Below are positions 63,230 through 64,000 of a stretch of DNA of 64,000 nt, one piece after another (the stretch's first letter is position 1; each line of letters begins with the position of its first letter). Source of the DNA: Camelus dromedarius (lineage: Eukaryota); the NCBI RefSeq assembly GCF_036321535.1, contig NC_087437.1, positions 10,790,001-10,854,000 of the forward strand, written 5' to 3'. Both the position numbers and the translations under genes were made by a program. The notes beneath the pieces were generated by a model. The model was not told the DNA's origin. It saw only the letters and a program-made list of their open reading frames with translations, and did not search any database.

Positions 63230-64000
63230 AGGGGTCACGTCACCAAGATGGTGACGTAGGTCCTTCCTGACTGCCCTCCCCTTACAAGAAGAACAATTAA
63301 CCACTCTTCAAGAGCAAGACACAGCTGAGAGAGTCCTGGAACGTGGGGTGAGGCTAAAACACTCCTGAACCCCAGAGACCAAGACAGACACACTGAAAGG
63401 TGAGAGAATCAGTACACGCTGACCACACAGCCCCTCCCCGAACAGCGCAGCAGACAGGTCACCCCTGATCCTGGGTTCCTCCAGCAGGAAAGGAGAGCCG
63501 GGGGGGACAAGCAGCCTCCCCAGCACGGTCAGTCACTCTGTGGGAGCCCCAGCTCCACTCTCACCACACAGCGACTGCAGGGGAATCTGTGGGCTCAACC
63601 CCTGGGAATCTGACTGTGATGGAGATGGGGGAGGGGCTGGCAACAACCGGCTCCCGGATCTTGGCAGGCTAAGTTCAGACCTGCAGGCCCGAGGAGTAAC
63701 CCCGAGCAGCAGCTTTGCTCAGCTGCAGAATCCAGTCAGGGGTGCACTCTGACCAGGGAACGCGGCACGGTCAGATCTGCCTGACTCGGATCTTTAAACG
63801 AGTTTTGCTCACCCTAAAACTTTGCCAGCCCTGTTTGGCCACATGCAGGCAAACAGCTTAGTCCCAGCCCCACCGGCTGTGGAGAGTACCTTCCAGCCCC
63901 CTCTGAGCAGATAGGCTGGTGACCACCCCTGGGGACTGTGCGGCCCTGTGGTGCTCAGGCCAAGAGGTGGTCGGGCAGAATGATATCCCCAGAGCAGAGC
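63230..64000 (+). mobile_element. Probable L1 5'UTR start, running off the window
   Basis: Abrupt GC-rich segment starting after an AT-rich site (tttaaaatc), with a YY1-like ccaagatggtg at about 63243 as at L1 5' ends. Confidence 0.6.

Overview
Mammalian genomic DNA, most likely a camelid (alpaca/llama/camel), judged from seven copies of a tRNA-derived SINE I recognise as vic-1. The window holds the 3' end of a class III E2 ubiquitin-conjugating enzyme gene on the + strand, best called UBE2E2. It contains the 148-bp catalytic-Cys exon (11828-11975), a 45,580-bp last intron, and the terminal exon (CDS 57556-57653, polyA signals 58298-58315). The rest is intronic or intergenic: many L1 fragments with visible target-site duplications (TSDs), MIRs, MaLR LTRs, hAT fossils, and an antisense RPLP0 processed pseudogene (about 50296-51363). 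Apart from L1 ORF2 and RPLP0 remnants, the supplied ORFs look spurious. I see no convincing new protein-coding system. The most unusual structures are (1) a polyadenylated, TSD-flanked retrocopy of a MER41-like LTR carrying tandem GAS-like motifs (8684-9050), (2) the apparently permuted, 5'-inverted L1 that hosts it (7868-9345), and (3) a 30-bp quasi-palindrome of paired TAATTA sites (22529-22558). Repeat family names come from my recall of consensus sequences, not from a database search.
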